Notes: generated by a model not told the origin, from the letters alone. 64,000 nt of DNA from Bacteroidales bacterium (GCA_045597465.1 JAZLKG010000086.1:2994-66993), one strand, 5' to 3'; shown: positions 12,182-23,286, counted from the first letter of the stretch. Translations and numbers: made by a program.

Positions 12182-12496
12182 TTTTATATGTGTTTTTAAT
12201 ATTGTTTTTAATATCGTTTGGGATTCATTTCCCGAACACCAAATTATCACAATCTGTGCCAATCCGAAAATTGATGATTTTTGCGCAATTTTGTCAGTGT
12301 GTGGTGTCAGTTCGTGTCAGTTTGGGTGACAGAATGGCGGAGTAATCACCGACAGCGCCAGACCTGCGGTCCTCGGCGCAATCGGTTAATCAATATGGCG
12401 TCTTCCAGACGCCGGGAGGTAATATCTAATTTGTTAATTATTTGGATTTTTGTAATAAAGGGAGTATCTTTGCCTCAAACTAATTTACCTTCTATT

Positions 12497-13174
12497 ATGA
12501 ACCGGGGAAAACATAAATGCGAGACTCTCAAGAAGATCCGTCAGATGATTGCCAATAAGAACGGCATTGATTATCATACCACTGAATGTACATTTCAGGG
12601 AAATTGTTCTGGCACTTGTCCCAAATGCGAGGCCGAGCTCAAATATTTGGAAAGCCAGCTGATGCGCAAGGAATCTGCCGGCAAAAAAGTTGCCGTGGCC
12701 GGCCTTGCCCTTGGAATCTCTCTTGTGGCATCATGCGGACCGTCGCACCATATAACAAAACCATTGGGCGGCGACGTTGCAAATGTTGAGAAAGTTAGTT
12801 TTACAAATGAGGTTAATCCACCTGATACTGCTGAGGTTGAGGAAGCTACAGATGATTTAATGGGCATTATTATAGAAGACCGTGCCGAATTTCCCGGAGG
12901 CGAAGTTGCTTGGAGAAAATATATCAGCGCCAATGTCCAATATCCCCCATTAGCCTTGGAGAATGAAATCCAAGGCACGGTATGGGTAAAGTTCGAAATT
13001 GACGAGGAAGGAAATTTGATAAATCCTTCAATTTTGCGCAGTATAGACCCATTGCTCGATGCTGAGGCTATAAGAGTTATAAGCGCTTCGCCGAAATGGC
13101 AACCGGCGAAACGAGGAGGTCAGTATGTGAAGGAATCTTGCACGACTCCCGTGAAATTCAAGCTTCCGGAATGA
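12497..13174 (+). CDS. Cys-rich N-terminal domain + TonB C-terminal domain protein
   Basis: C..LK.IR..IA...ECTFQGNCSGTCPKCEAE; hydrophobic segment; AEFPGG...YPPLALENEIQGTVWVKF...WQPA. Confidence 0.8.
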   Translation: MNRGKHKCETLKKIRQMIANKNGIDYHTTECTFQGNCSGTCPKCEAELKYLESQLMRKESAGKKVAVAGLALGISLVASCGPSHHITKPLGGDVANVEKVSFTNEVNPPDTAEVEEATDDLMGIIIEDRAEFPGGEVAWRKYISANVQYPPLALENEIQGTVWVKFEIDEEGNLINPSILRSIDPLLDAEAIRVISASPKWQPAKRGGQYVKESCTTPVKFKLPE

Positions 13175-13183
13175 ATTCTGCTT

Positions 13184-14779
13184 TTACCATTCCTCTATCT
13201 TGCAGGTGTGTTTCTTGGTCTCGCGGTTGTAGCTGATGCCTATGAATCGCATGTTGCCCTTGTATTGCTCGAGGTGGAGGTTGTATTTCTTGTCGTAGAT
13301 TTGGCTGATGGCGGTCTCTACCACGGTATCAACTTTCAGCTCAATGATGAGTGCGGGCTTCTTGCATTTGTATGGGATGAAAACCAAGTCGGCGTAGCCC
13401 TTGCCTGTGGGGAGTTCCTGGAAAATGGTATAATAATCATAAGCCGCAATAAAAGAGAGTTTTATCGCTGAACCGAAACAAGCCTCGTTGTTGTATTGCC
13501 AGTTGCTCATCACCAATGAATGTGATTTTTCAAGAGATTCGGCCACCATTTGCTCCTCTCCGTAGATTGTGGCTTCCAGCAACGTCTCTGACTCGCGGAT
13601 AATCTGCGGAACCTGTCCAAAATTGTTGAGCCTCTTAACGGCCTTCATCCACTCGCGCCTTACCTCAAAGTTTGGAATATAGCAAGTCATCTCGTCGGAA
13701 TTGTAACCGAGATATCCGAGGTGAATCAGGTATGTGAAAACGTCGTCCTTCGAGTTGAAGTCGGTCAAAGTGTTGAGATATTCCGACACGTCGAGCTTAA
13801 CCTCCTGACCAGAAATGATTTTGGCGAGGTCGTCGCGGATGCCTTCAAAATCCAGTTTTATGTAGTCGGTGATGGCGTCGAAACTTCCTGTGGTGGTAAC
13901 GTAGCTTTTTACACAATGGTTTTCAATCGCCTGAATTACAGAGTTAGCATTGAAAAGTTCCGTGCCGTCAATGGTGTAACCATCATACCAGCGCTTCACT
14001 TCATCAAAATCAAGATCGTGCTTCTTGCATAGTTCCTCTACCTCGTTGTATGTAAAGCCAATACATTCCTTGAAAGCAAAGGCGTTCACCATAGTATATT
14101 CCTTGAAGACATTCAGCTTGCTCTGGATTCTGTCTCTGACAACTGGCAGAATACCAGTAATATATGCGAGCGAGATTGCAGGCTTTAGTGGTGAGTTCTT
14201 GAAAAGGGAAATAAGGAAATCAAGGAATTGTTTGAACATTTCTGGTCCGAATTTTTCCCTTACAAAGAAATCGTACTCATCTATTAATATTATGAAGGTC
14301 TGTTTTGTTTTTGAATGTACTGATGCTAAGCAGTCTGCCACAGTTTTGCACATGTCGAAATTAACCTCTGGAAAATCAATTTCAAACTCAGCTCTCAACG
14401 TAGTGAATAGAATGTTGAAGAACTGGGTTTTGTCCTCTGCCCTTAAACTGGAATAAAATCCATTAAAATCCAGCTGCAGGACATTGAAGCTGTTCATGTT
14501 CTGATGGAACTTTTCAATATCATTTTCGTCGGTAAGCTCGCGGGCGATGCGCATTTGAGAGAAATACTCCTTGGAATCGCACCCTTTGGAATAGTATGCT
14601 GCTATCATATTTTGGAGCATAGTTTTTCCAAATCTGCGTGCTCGTGACAAGCAGACATAACAACTTTCTGTATCAACAATTTTGTTGAATACATTAATTG
14701 CCAACGATTTATCTACATATAGTTCAGAATTTATTGCTTTCTGAAAATTTGAGTTTCCCGGATTAAGGTATAGTCCCAT
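13184..14779 (-). CDS. AAA-ATPase-like + PD-(D/E)XK nuclease protein
   Basis: YVDKS, RARRFGKT, ILIDEYD, C-terminal GKGYADLV...IIELK. Confidence 0.88.
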   Translation of the reverse strand: MGLYLNPGNSNFQKAINSELYVDKSLAINVFNKIVDTESCYVCLSRARRFGKTMLQNMIAAYYSKGCDSKEYFSQMRIARELTDENDIEKFHQNMNSFNVLQLDFNGFYSSLRAEDKTQFFNILFTTLRAEFEIDFPEVNFDMCKTVADCLASVHSKTKQTFIILIDEYDFFVREKFGPEMFKQFLDFLISLFKNSPLKPAISLAYITGILPVVRDRIQSKLNVFKEYTMVNAFAFKECIGFTYNEVEELCKKHDLDFDEVKRWYDGYTIDGTELFNANSVIQAIENHCVKSYVTTTGSFDAITDYIKLDFEGIRDDLAKIISGQEVKLDVSEYLNTLTDFNSKDDVFTYLIHLGYLGYNSDEMTCYIPNFEVRREWMKAVKRLNNFGQVPQIIRESETLLEATIYGEEQMVAESLEKSHSLVMSNWQYNNEACFGSAIKLSFIAAYDYYTIFQELPTGKGYADLVFIPYKCKKPALIIELKVDTVVETAISQIYDKKYNLHLEQYKGNMRFIGISYNRETKKHTCKIEEW

Positions 14780-14857
14780 AGCAAAACTTTTATTTTGAAT
14801 TTCTGCAAAGATATAAATATTCCGCCAATTCTGCAACATTGCAAAACTATTGCCTCT

Positions 14858-16393
14858 CTATTTCCTCACCACTGCAAAATTTTCATTTACAGAGAACTGA
14901 CGCTCGCCGTTCTTGGTGCGGATGGTGTAGGTTTTGCCTTTCTTAAGTTTGTTGCAGGTGAACATTGATGCGCTGTTGTTGAACGTGAAAGGTATTTCCT
15001 TGCGGAAGATCACCTTATTGTCGCTGATGATTTCCACCGTCTCGCCTTTGGTCAATGTAAGTCCTGTAAAAACCACTGTAGGCTGCTTGGCGTTCTCTTC
15101 CGTGGGCACCGAAGGCAGTTCGCCCATGCCGGCGCCGATGGTGAACACTGTGCCTCCGCTTATTATTACGGGAGCATAATCGCAGTCGATTCCTTCCTCG
15201 GGCGCACCCACGTGGCTGAATGCGTAAACCTCTCCGCCACTGATTATTATGCCCGGATCAATATCCTTTTTGGCAGTGTCCTGAGGCATTGGCCCAAACG
15301 CCGGGAATCCGCCCTCTATGTTGGCATCCACGGCATCGTTGCAGTGGCTCTCGGCTATTACTGTGCCGCCGTTGAAACTGATTGTGGCATTGGCGTTTAT
15401 GGCGTCGTCTATGGCGTCTACCTTTACGTTGCCGCCGTTTATCACCACGCCCTTTTTGCCCTCTATGCCTTCGGCTCCGGCTGCTGATGTTTTGCAGTAT
15501 ATATTGCCGCTGTTGATGGTTACGATTCCGCCAGACTTTATGGCTTTGGTGGTGGCTATGTATTTTTGCTTGAATCCGCCTTTCTGAGTCTCGTCGGGGT
15601 CGCCAGATTCGCCGAATCCGCCCATTCCGGGAAATCCGCCAAAGGCTCCGAAATCAGGCATCTTGCTGAAGTCGGGAGGATTGTCGCCCCAAGGCGGCTT
15701 GAATCCCTCGGGCATATCGCCGAAAGGTGGAGGATTGTCGCCCCATGGTGGCTTGAAACCCTCGGGCATATCGCCGAATGGGGGAGGGAATGGGGGCATG
15801 CCGCCGCCAAATCCAAATTGGTTGGTGGTGTCCTTGCCAAGGTTGTTGCCCTCGGTTATTACGTTGAGTATCAGGTCGCTAATCTTGATGTCGTCCTTTG
15901 CGTTTATGCCCTTGCATCCGTCGCCATGGGCTATCACGTCCAGTTTTCCCTTGCCGCCCAGATGCAGCTTTCCCTTGGCCCAGATTACGGCCTGCTTGTT
16001 GTTGGCGGTGTCGGTGCAGGCCGATACGCACAGTGTGTTGGTGGTGCCCTTGGCTGCCTGTATCAGCACTCGCTTCTTGTTGTGGAGGCGGATTGGCGCG
16101 CCGTTGCTGCTTGTGAGATTAAGGCCCTCCAGGCGGATGGTGGTTTTGCCCTGAGACTTCAGCATCAGGCTCCCGTCTGGCGATGTGCCTTTCATGTTTA
16201 TTATCAGCTCCTGGTCGGCAAGCTGGCTTTCTATCTCTATGCGGCTGCCGTCTTTTTTCACGGTTACACCGGGGCAGGGGGCTGATACTTCTGATTCTGA
16301 GCCCGAGTAAATGATGCTGATTTTCTGGGCGTTGCCTACGCAGCTTGTAAGGCATGCCACAAGCATCAGGAATAGAAAAATATTACGTTTCAT
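14858..16393 (-). CDS. Carbohydrate-binding beta-helix lipoprotein (DUF4353/Cthe_2159-like)
   Basis: LTSC lipobox; repeated KGI-K, EGIE-K, DDAINA, DAVDAN, EGIDCD turns. Confidence 0.75.
   Translation of the reverse strand: MKRNIFLFLMLVACLTSCVGNAQKISIIYSGSESEVSAPCPGVTVKKDGSRIEIESQLADQELIINMKGTSPDGSLMLKSQGKTTIRLEGLNLTSSNGAPIRLHNKKRVLIQAAKGTTNTLCVSACTDTANNKQAVIWAKGKLHLGGKGKLDVIAHGDGCKGINAKDDIKISDLILNVITEGNNLGKDTTNQFGFGGGMPPFPPPFGDMPEGFKPPWGDNPPPFGDMPEGFKPPWGDNPPDFSKMPDFGAFGGFPGMGGFGESGDPDETQKGGFKQKYIATTKAIKSGGIVTINSGNIYCKTSAAGAEGIEGKKGVVINGGNVKVDAIDDAINANATISFNGGTVIAESHCNDAVDANIEGGFPAFGPMPQDTAKKDIDPGIIISGGEVYAFSHVGAPEEGIDCDYAPVIISGGTVFTIGAGMGELPSVPTEENAKQPTVVFTGLTLTKGETVEIISDNKVIFRKEIPFTFNNSASMFTCNKLKKGKTYTIRTKNGERQFSVNENFAVVRK
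15674..15790 (-). repeat. In-frame 54-bp tandem repeat (PPPFGDMPEGFKPPWGDN x2)
   Basis: Seen directly in both protein and DNA. Confidence 0.8.
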
Positions 16394-16606
16394 TGTGTTG
16401 ATGTGATTGTAGTTTTTTATTGATGTGCAAATTTACTAAATCATTTATTAGCTTATTCGCTTTAAAGATAATTTAACTTTTTTCTGAAGCATCAGAAAAC
16501 GCCCCGGCATACGAAAATCACTTATTCCCGCAAAAAAAGTTTTTCGTTTTTCGCAAAAAAGCATATATTAGCACCCCGAAAACAAACCATTTAAAAACAT
16601 ACAAAA

Positions 16607-17512
16607 ATGACTAAGATAAAAGTAGCAATTGTAGGATACGGCAACATTGGCAAGTATTCTCTCGAGGCTGTAAAGGCAGCAAAGGATATGGAACTCGTAG
16701 GCGTGGTTCGCAGAAAAGAGTCTGTAGGCAAGAAATCACCTGAGCTTGAGGGCGTTAAGGTGGTGGCTGATATAGACGAGCTTGGCAAGGTGGATGTAGC
16801 CATCCTCGCTCTTCCTTCAAGAGAGATTCCTGTGGCAGCTCCAGCTCTCATGGCCAAAGGTATCTGCACAGTTGACAGTTTCGATATTCACGGCAAGGAC
16901 ATTCTCGACCTCTACAGGAACCTCGACGCAGCCGGCAAGAAGTCGGGTGCCAAGGCCATCATCTCGGCTGGTTGGGATCCAGGTACAGATTCTGTAATCC
17001 GTACACTCCTCCTCGCCATGGCTCCTAAGGGCATCAGCTACACCAACTTCGGTCCTGGCATGAGCATGGGTCACTCGGTAGTAGCCCGCAGCAAGGCCGG
17101 TGTTAAGGACGCTCTCTCTATGACAATTCCTCTCGGCACTTCGGTACACCGCCGCGATGTTTACGTAGAGCTTGAGGACGGCGCCGATTTCAAGGCTGTA
17201 GAGTCTGCCATCAAGACCGATTCATACTTCTGCAACGATGATACACACGTACACCAGGTACCTTGCGTAGCCGACCTCCGCGATATGGGTCACGGCGTAT
17301 TGCTTGAGCGCAAGGGTGTTTCTGGCGCTACTCAGAACCAGCGTTTCCAGTTTACAATGCAGATCAACAACCCTGCTCTTACAGGTCAGGTGCTCGCTTC
17401 TTGCGCACGTGCCGTTGTTAAGCAGCAGCCTGGTTGCTACACATTGCCACAGATTGCTCCTTACGACCTCGTAGATATCGACCTCGAGGAGTTTATCCTC
17501 CACACTGTGTAA
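16607..17512 (+). CDS. ddh: meso-diaminopimelate D-dehydrogenase
   Basis: IVGYGNIG, VDSFDIH, GWDPG, FGPGMSMGHS, NPALT. Confidence 0.95.
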   Translation: MTKIKVAIVGYGNIGKYSLEAVKAAKDMELVGVVRRKESVGKKSPELEGVKVVADIDELGKVDVAILALPSREIPVAAPALMAKGICTVDSFDIHGKDILDLYRNLDAAGKKSGAKAIISAGWDPGTDSVIRTLLLAMAPKGISYTNFGPGMSMGHSVVARSKAGVKDALSMTIPLGTSVHRRDVYVELEDGADFKAVESAIKTDSYFCNDDTHVHQVPCVADLRDMGHGVLLERKGVSGATQNQRFQFTMQINNPALTGQVLASCARAVVKQQPGCYTLPQIAPYDLVDIDLEEFILHTV

Positions 17513-17570
17513 GCATTTTTTGATTTTTAGATTTTCGATTTATTGATTTTCTAAATCAGAATTAAATATG

Positions 17571-17611
17571 AAAAATCCCGCTGGAGAATGATTTTTCCGG
17601 CGGGATTTTTT
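17571..17611. terminator. Bidirectional intrinsic terminator
   Basis: aaaaatcccgctgga...tccggcgggattttt. Confidence 0.75.
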
Positions 17612-17633
17612 GTTGATGGATGTTTTGCTTTTT

Positions 17634-18062
17634 TTACTCCTTCTCGTACAAATAGAGCGCGTACTTGATCTCTCCTGGAGTTCCGGTGCTGAGTTTTACC
17701 CAAGGCTCCTTGCCAAAGAGGAAGTTTGGCTCCTTGTTCTCAAGATAGAGCTCGCCGTTCTCCTCTTTTACGGGCTTGATTTCCTTCTTGCTGAAAAGGC
17801 AGTTGCCCTCGATGTAGAAATTAGGGTCAGCCGAGAGAGCCTTGTCGATCTCGCTCTGTGGCACACCCTCCAGCGATGCTATGCACGGATTTAATGTGCC
17901 GTTGTCGCTCACGATGATTTTCTTGGTGAGGTTTCGCTCCGATCGTCTTCTCTCGTCCGGGTCGGTCTCCTTGTCGAGATATTCCTGAATGGATACTTTC
18001 TCTTTTCCATTCTCACCTGGCAGCAGTATAAAGGCCAGATTGTAGGTTCCTGTGTAGTTCAT
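17634..18062 (-). CDS. Hypothetical protein
   Basis: ATG after an A-rich leader, ~142 aa, followed by a terminator. Confidence 0.6.
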   Translation of the reverse strand: MNYTGTYNLAFILLPGENGKEKVSIQEYLDKETDPDERRRSERNLTKKIIVSDNGTLNPCIASLEGVPQSEIDKALSADPNFYIEGNCLFSKKEIKPVKEENGELYLENKEPNFLFGKEPWVKLSTGTPGEIKYALYLYEKE

Positions 18063-18240
18063 AATGTATAAGTTTTTTTTGTTGTTTTTCGTCTTGCCAA
18101 ATTTATACATTAATTTCTGGATTTGCAAGAGATACCTATTAAAATTGTTCTGGTTTTCCTGCCACAGGCGATGCCTGTGGGGATACAAAAAAATACGCAG
18201 ATGAAAATAAACTCATCTGCGGGATTGTGTATGGTAATCT

Positions 18241-18268
18241 GTAGAGACGGACCGCGGTCCGTCTCTAC
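18241..18268. repeat. GTAG-family REP palindrome
   Basis: Perfect palindrome gtagagacggaccgcggtccgtctctac. Confidence 0.8.
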
Positions 18269-18307
18269 GGGTGCATTTCTACGGGAGCGTCTCTACGGGC
18301 GCATTTA

Positions 18308-19780
18308 TTAATATGCTCTTGCGAAAACAACGCGCTGCTTAGAAGGCTTGCCGGTAAGCATGTCTACGCCGTCTTCCTGAGGATTGTTCAAAGGAATGCA
18401 GCGGATAGTGGCCTTGGCCTCCTCCTTGATGCGCTCCTCGGTCTCGGCTGTGCCGTCCCATGGTGCGAGTACGAAACCGCCCTTGTCGAGAGCTGCCTTA
18501 AACTCCTCGTAAGTATCAGCCTTGTAGGTATGCTGCTCGCGGTAATCGAGGGCCTTCTGGTAAATATTCTTCTGAATCTTGTCCAAGAGGTCTACGATGT
18601 AGGCATCAGCTCCCTCGATGGCGATTGTCTGCTTCTCCAAAGTATCGCGGCGGGCCACCTCTACGGTGCCGTTGGCGAGGTCGCGGGCGCCGATGGCCAG
18701 ACGTACTGGAACGCCCTGAAGCTCGTACTGGTGGAATTTCCAGCCCGGCTTCTGATTGTCGCTGTCGTCGAACTTCACGGTAACGCCCTGAGCCTTAAGC
18801 GACTTGATGATTGGCTCTATCTTGTCGTAGATGGCGGCCACCTCTTCCTGCTTCTTGAAGATAGGAACGATAACCACGTGCAGTGGGGCAACTTTGGGAG
18901 GAAGCACCAAGCCGTTGTCGTCGCTGTGGGTCATGATGAGCGCGCCCATCAGTCGGGTAGATACGCCCCATGATGTGGCCCAGACAGTCTCCTGCTTGCC
19001 ATCCTTGTTGAGGAACTTTACGTCGAAAGCCTTGGCGAAGTTCTGACCCAGGAAGTGTGATGTGCCAGCCTGGAGAGCCTTGCCGTCCTGCATCATAGCC
19101 TCGATGCAGAATGTCTCCAAGGCACCGGCAAAACGCTCGGTAGGAGTCTTGACGCCCTTCAATACAGGGATTGCGAGTACGTTCTCGGCGAAGTCGGCGT
19201 ATACGTTAAGCATCTTCTCGGCCTCCTCGAGAGCCTCTTCCTTGGTGGCGTGGGCGGTGTGGCCCTCCTGCCAGAGGAACTCGGCTGTGCGCAGGAACAG
19301 ACGTGTGCGCATCTCCCAGCGTACCACGTTGGCCCACTGGTTGATAAGGATAGGGAGGTCTCTGTATGAGTGGATCCAGTTTTTGTATGTGTTCCAGATG
19401 ATGGTCTCTGATGTTGGGCGTACGATGAGCTCCTCCTCCAGGCGTGCGTTCTCGTCTACCACGATGTCCTTGCCGTCCTCGGTGTTCTTGAGGCGGTAGT
19501 GAGTAACCACGGCGCACTCCTTGGCGAAACCCTTTACGTGCTCGGCCTCGCGGGCAAAGAATGATTTTGGGATAAAGATTGGGAAATAGGCGTTTACGTG
19601 GCCTGTCTCCTTGAAGCGGCGGTCGAGCTCGTCGCGCATTTTTTCCCAAATTGTGTAGCCGTATGGTTTTATTACCATACAGCCTCTAACAGCCGAATTC
19701 TCAGCGAGATCGGCCTGCTGTACGAGGTCGGTGTACCACTTGGAGTAGTCATCGGCCCTCTTGGTTATGAAATCTGCCAT
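18308..19780 (-). CDS. proS: Proline--tRNA ligase (eukaryote/archaea-like type)
   Basis: [39 protein letters not shown], ends FARAY. Confidence 0.98.
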   Translation of the reverse strand: MADFITKRADDYSKWYTDLVQQADLAENSAVRGCMVIKPYGYTIWEKMRDELDRRFKETGHVNAYFPIFIPKSFFAREAEHVKGFAKECAVVTHYRLKNTEDGKDIVVDENARLEEELIVRPTSETIIWNTYKNWIHSYRDLPILINQWANVVRWEMRTRLFLRTAEFLWQEGHTAHATKEEALEEAEKMLNVYADFAENVLAIPVLKGVKTPTERFAGALETFCIEAMMQDGKALQAGTSHFLGQNFAKAFDVKFLNKDGKQETVWATSWGVSTRLMGALIMTHSDDNGLVLPPKVAPLHVVIVPIFKKQEEVAAIYDKIEPIIKSLKAQGVTVKFDDSDNQKPGWKFHQYELQGVPVRLAIGARDLANGTVEVARRDTLEKQTIAIEGADAYIVDLLDKIQKNIYQKALDYREQHTYKADTYEEFKAALDKGGFVLAPWDGTAETEERIKEEAKATIRCIPLNNPQEDGVDMLTGKPSKQRVVFARAY

Positions 19781-19824
19781 TTTATGATGTATGTTTTTTA
19801 TATATTCTAATTATCGTATCGTCT

Positions 19825-19892
19825 GTAGAGACGGACAACGGTCCGTCTAATTTACATATCGTCTGTGGAGACGGACCGCGGTCCGTCTCTAC
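19825..19892. repeat. Two GTAG-family REP copies upstream of proS
   Basis: gtagagacggacaacggtccgtct (19825) and gtggagacggaccgcggtccgtctctac (19865). Confidence 0.75.
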
Positions 19893-19950
19893 GGTGCAAT
19901 TGGTATTCACGATACAAACCGCAAAGTTATAATATTTTCGGGAAAATCCT

Positions 19951-20790
19951 CTATTCGGGGTCGCTTTTTTTTGTATTGTTTCTCGTCCACACCACCGAGG
20001 CTGAGGGAATCCATCCCAGATTCTCGTTTCTACGTGCGGCAAACTGCATTTGCAGCCCGTGTATGTCGATCTCGATGCCTGCGCCCACTGAAATGGGCTG
20101 TGTGGATATCCCCGCCATGATGGCTATATGTTCGTTTAGCCGTATCAGCACTCCCCCGCGCAATATTATCTCATCGCTCAGGCTGTTTTTCTCCACATCC
20201 AGGCTCATGTGGTGGCCTCCGGGGAAGCTTCTCCTGATGCCTGCCTGTATGCCCATGGATATTATGGTGTCTATGTCGTTGTATTGCGAGTTGGTGATGT
20301 TTTCTATCCATGTGCCCGCGCTCCAGTGGCTGTCTATCCTGTACAGTATGCCCAGGGAGCCGCTCATGGCGTGGTAGCTGCCCGGAGTGTCGTCCACGTG
20401 CAGCTGGTGGTGGCTGATGCTTGCCCCGGCTGCCAGATTCTTGCCCAGCGGCAGTGCGTATGCGAGCTGCGCCTTGCTCTGGTTGTATAGCCGGAATCCG
20501 TAGTGGCTGTATGTGGCTGATGCCGCCCCGTTTCCTATGGGCACTGATGCCAGCGCGGTCTTGTGCGACAGCTCCTTTATTCCAAACTTGTTGTAGTAGC
20601 CCAGACCTGCCCCCAGTGGTGCGTAGGCTGTGCCTGCGGGATTGTGGCCCACGCTGCCGGTTCCCTCCTCGCAGCTCAGGGCACCGCATACTGCCTGGTG
20701 TCCGGCTGTGTAGTAGCTGTATTGGGCATGGGTGGCCCACGGCAGAGCTGTAAGCATCAGGACGAGATACAAAATATGTGATAAACGCAT
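19951..20790 (-). CDS. Outer-membrane beta-barrel protein (PorV/PorQ-like)
   Basis: Signal peptide, HNPAG motif, amphipathic beta strands. Confidence 0.55.
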   Translation of the reverse strand: MRLSHILYLVLMLTALPWATHAQYSYYTAGHQAVCGALSCEEGTGSVGHNPAGTAYAPLGAGLGYYNKFGIKELSHKTALASVPIGNGAASATYSHYGFRLYNQSKAQLAYALPLGKNLAAGASISHHQLHVDDTPGSYHAMSGSLGILYRIDSHWSAGTWIENITNSQYNDIDTIISMGIQAGIRRSFPGGHHMSLDVEKNSLSDEIILRGGVLIRLNEHIAIMAGISTQPISVGAGIEIDIHGLQMQFAARRNENLGWIPSASVVWTRNNTKKSDPE

Positions 20791-20916
20791 GTGAAAAAAT
20801 TTTAATGTACAAAAATAGTAATATTAACGTTTTTTTACAAGATAATATCATTCGTTTTTGTAATTTTGACCCATCTATAATTGCAAATATTGTTAACCCA
20901 CAAATACCGTTGTACT

Positions 20917-21774
20917 ATGAGGAAGATTATGATTTTGATGGCGCTGATACTCTGCATTGGCCAGGCAAGCGCCCAGACTGTTATATATGAGGACGATGTA
21001 TACGACAGCTATGAGGTGCGCATACAGCGTTTCCACCGTCCACAGGCCAGGGTAACCACCTATTACGACGAGATTTACGTGCCCACGGTAACCAGCCGCG
21101 TGGTGATAGGCGCCGCCATTACCGGAGTGGTGCTCCACTCCATATTTGCGCCCAGGCACTATTCCATCTGGCACCGCGCGCCAAGATGCAGCTTCTACTA
21201 CACTCCATGTGTGATAGAGCATCGTCCGGCCCACTATTACTACCACTACGACCCGTTCCACTACGATAGTCATGTACACTATACATACTACCGCAACCAC
21301 CATTACGATTACTATCACTATAACCACTATGGCCATCATGACTATCGCCATTACGACCGCCATGACTATCATTACGGAACTCACCGCGATTCTCATTACA
21401 ACGGATATCACGGCAGCCGCAACGATACCCACCACAGCAATCAGCATGGTGATCCCCATGGCCGCAACGATGTGCATCACAACGATTCATATCATCACGG
21501 AGACGCCCACCGTGGCAATAATGGCAGCCGCAACAACAGCAACGGCAGCCACAGCAACAGCGTGGACCGCAGCCGCAACAACAGCAACGGCGGCCACAGC
21601 AATGGAGTGGACCGCAGCCGCAGCCACAGCAACTCCAGCAATGGCGGCAGCAAGAATGGTTCTGCTTCACAGAATACCGACAACAGGAGCCGAAACAGCA
21701 GCGGTAGCGGTTCTTCGCAGCATCAGAACTCCACAAATGGCAGCAGAAACGGTCATAGCAGCGGCAGAAGGTAG
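20917..21774 (+). CDS. Secreted His/Tyr-rich, Ser/Asn/Gly low-complexity protein
   Basis: Signal peptide MRKIMILMALILCIGQASA; YEDDVY motif; His-rich middle. Confidence 0.65.
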   Translation: MRKIMILMALILCIGQASAQTVIYEDDVYDSYEVRIQRFHRPQARVTTYYDEIYVPTVTSRVVIGAAITGVVLHSIFAPRHYSIWHRAPRCSFYYTPCVIEHRPAHYYYHYDPFHYDSHVHYTYYRNHHYDYYHYNHYGHHDYRHYDRHDYHYGTHRDSHYNGYHGSRNDTHHSNQHGDPHGRNDVHHNDSYHHGDAHRGNNGSRNNSNGSHSNSVDRSRNNSNGGHSNGVDRSRSHSNSSNGGSKNGSASQNTDNRSRNSSGSGSSQHQNSTNGSRNGHSSGRR

Positions 21775-21839
21775 TTTTTTGTCTATATAAATATTTTTTG
21801 TAATTTTGAGGCGTGAATAAATAGTAATTTAAACACAAG

Positions 21840-22715
21840 ATGTCTCCGAAAATAAAGATATTGTTCATCGTGAATCCTATTTCGGGAATCGGAAAGCAGA
21901 AACGATTTGTAAAGATTCTGGATAGGCAGCTGGACAAAGACAAATTCGACTATACCGTTCAGTACACTCAATACGCGGGCCACGCCACCGAACTCGCCAA
22001 GGCCGCTGTGGGCGAGTTCGACGTGGTGACTGCCGTGGGTGGCGACGGCTCCATAAATGAAATTGCCAGGGCACTCGTAAAGACCGAGACTGCCCTGGCT
22101 ATTATTCCTTGTGGCTCTGGCAACGGCCTGGCCCGCGCGCTCCGCATCCCCATGCAGCCTTGGCGCGCCATCAAGTTCCTGAACTCGGCCGAGTTCAAGA
22201 CCATAGACACGTGTCAGGTAAACGACAAATTCTTCCTATCGATAGCCGGCGCGGGCTACGACAGCGAGGTGGCCCGCAGATACGAGTTTTTCCCGGGAAG
22301 GGGTTTCAAGACCTACTTCATGGCCATCGTAAGCTCATTCTATAAATACAAGCCTCTGGAATACGAGATCAATATCGACGGAGTTAACATAAAGCGCACC
22401 GCACTTCTGGTAACTGTCTGCAACTCATCGCAATACGGCTACGGATTCCGCATAGCTCCCAACGCATCGCTGAACGACGGCCTGCTGGATGTGGTGATAG
22501 TGAAGAAGCCCGAATGGTGGAGAGTGCCTTGGGTGTTGCTGAATATCTCGATAGGCCGCGCCCACAAATCCAAGTGTTTCGAGATTCTTCAGGGCAAGCA
22601 CGTGGAGCTTTTCGGCAACAAGCCACGCTGGGTGAACCTCGACGGCGAGACCGTGCGCCTCAACGAGACTCTCAATTTCGATGTTGAGAAGCAGAATATC
22701 GTGGTTTTCAGCTGA
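21840..22715 (+). CDS. Diacylglycerol/lipid kinase family (YegS/DAGK)
   Basis: NPISG, GGDGSINE, PCGSGNGLAR, DGLLD, DGE. Confidence 0.93.
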   Translation: MSPKIKILFIVNPISGIGKQKRFVKILDRQLDKDKFDYTVQYTQYAGHATELAKAAVGEFDVVTAVGGDGSINEIARALVKTETALAIIPCGSGNGLARALRIPMQPWRAIKFLNSAEFKTIDTCQVNDKFFLSIAGAGYDSEVARRYEFFPGRGFKTYFMAIVSSFYKYKPLEYEINIDGVNIKRTALLVTVCNSSQYGYGFRIAPNASLNDGLLDVVIVKKPEWWRVPWVLLNISIGRAHKSKCFEILQGKHVELFGNKPRWVNLDGETVRLNETLNFDVEKQNIVVFS

Positions 22716-22722
22716 TTGTAAG

Positions 22723-23286
22723 TTATTTTCTTTCCTTTTCGGCGGCTGATACCTGCTCATTTAGGTATTCGGCCGCGGGTATGTGGCTGTGGCGGAATCT
22801 GTCGGCCACGCTTTTTATTATGGCGTAGTCGTTTTGGATGTCCATCATCCCGGCCACGAAGATGTTTCCCACGCGCTCGGGATTTTTCCTCATCATCTTG
22901 CGGCAGCTTTGTGCTCCGCCGTCCTTGTATTGCAGGAGCAGCCTCAGGAAATATTCTGTCTCGGGGCTTCCTGATACTTCCGATTCTAGGATGTTGTAGC
23001 CGTGGAGCGTAACAGCCACATTCTCACCTTTTTGCAGTATCATCGGCAGTTTCTGCTGTCCAAGTATCAGGCGGAAAAACTGATATTCCTCATCACATTC
23101 CACATCTATCGTGGCGGTTCCCATGCCATCCAGCGCCACCGAATCCACAAAGCTGTATTTGTCGAGCCTCTGATATACCACGTGTCCGCTGCTGTTGCCA
23201 GGCACGTGGATGCTGATATGTGCGTTTTGCGATGAGGCTGATACTGCCGATATCAGCAATGCTATTATAATAAGGTGTATTCTCAT
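22723..23286 (-). CDS. Secreted protein, DUF4369-like
   Basis: Signal peptide; VDSVALDG, VSGSPET pattern. Confidence 0.5.
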   Translation of the reverse strand: MRIHLIIIALLISAVSASSQNAHISIHVPGNSSGHVVYQRLDKYSFVDSVALDGMGTATIDVECDEEYQFFRLILGQQKLPMILQKGENVAVTLHGYNILESEVSGSPETEYFLRLLLQYKDGGAQSCRKMMRKNPERVGNIFVAGMMDIQNDYAIIKSVADRFRHSHIPAAEYLNEQVSAAEKERK

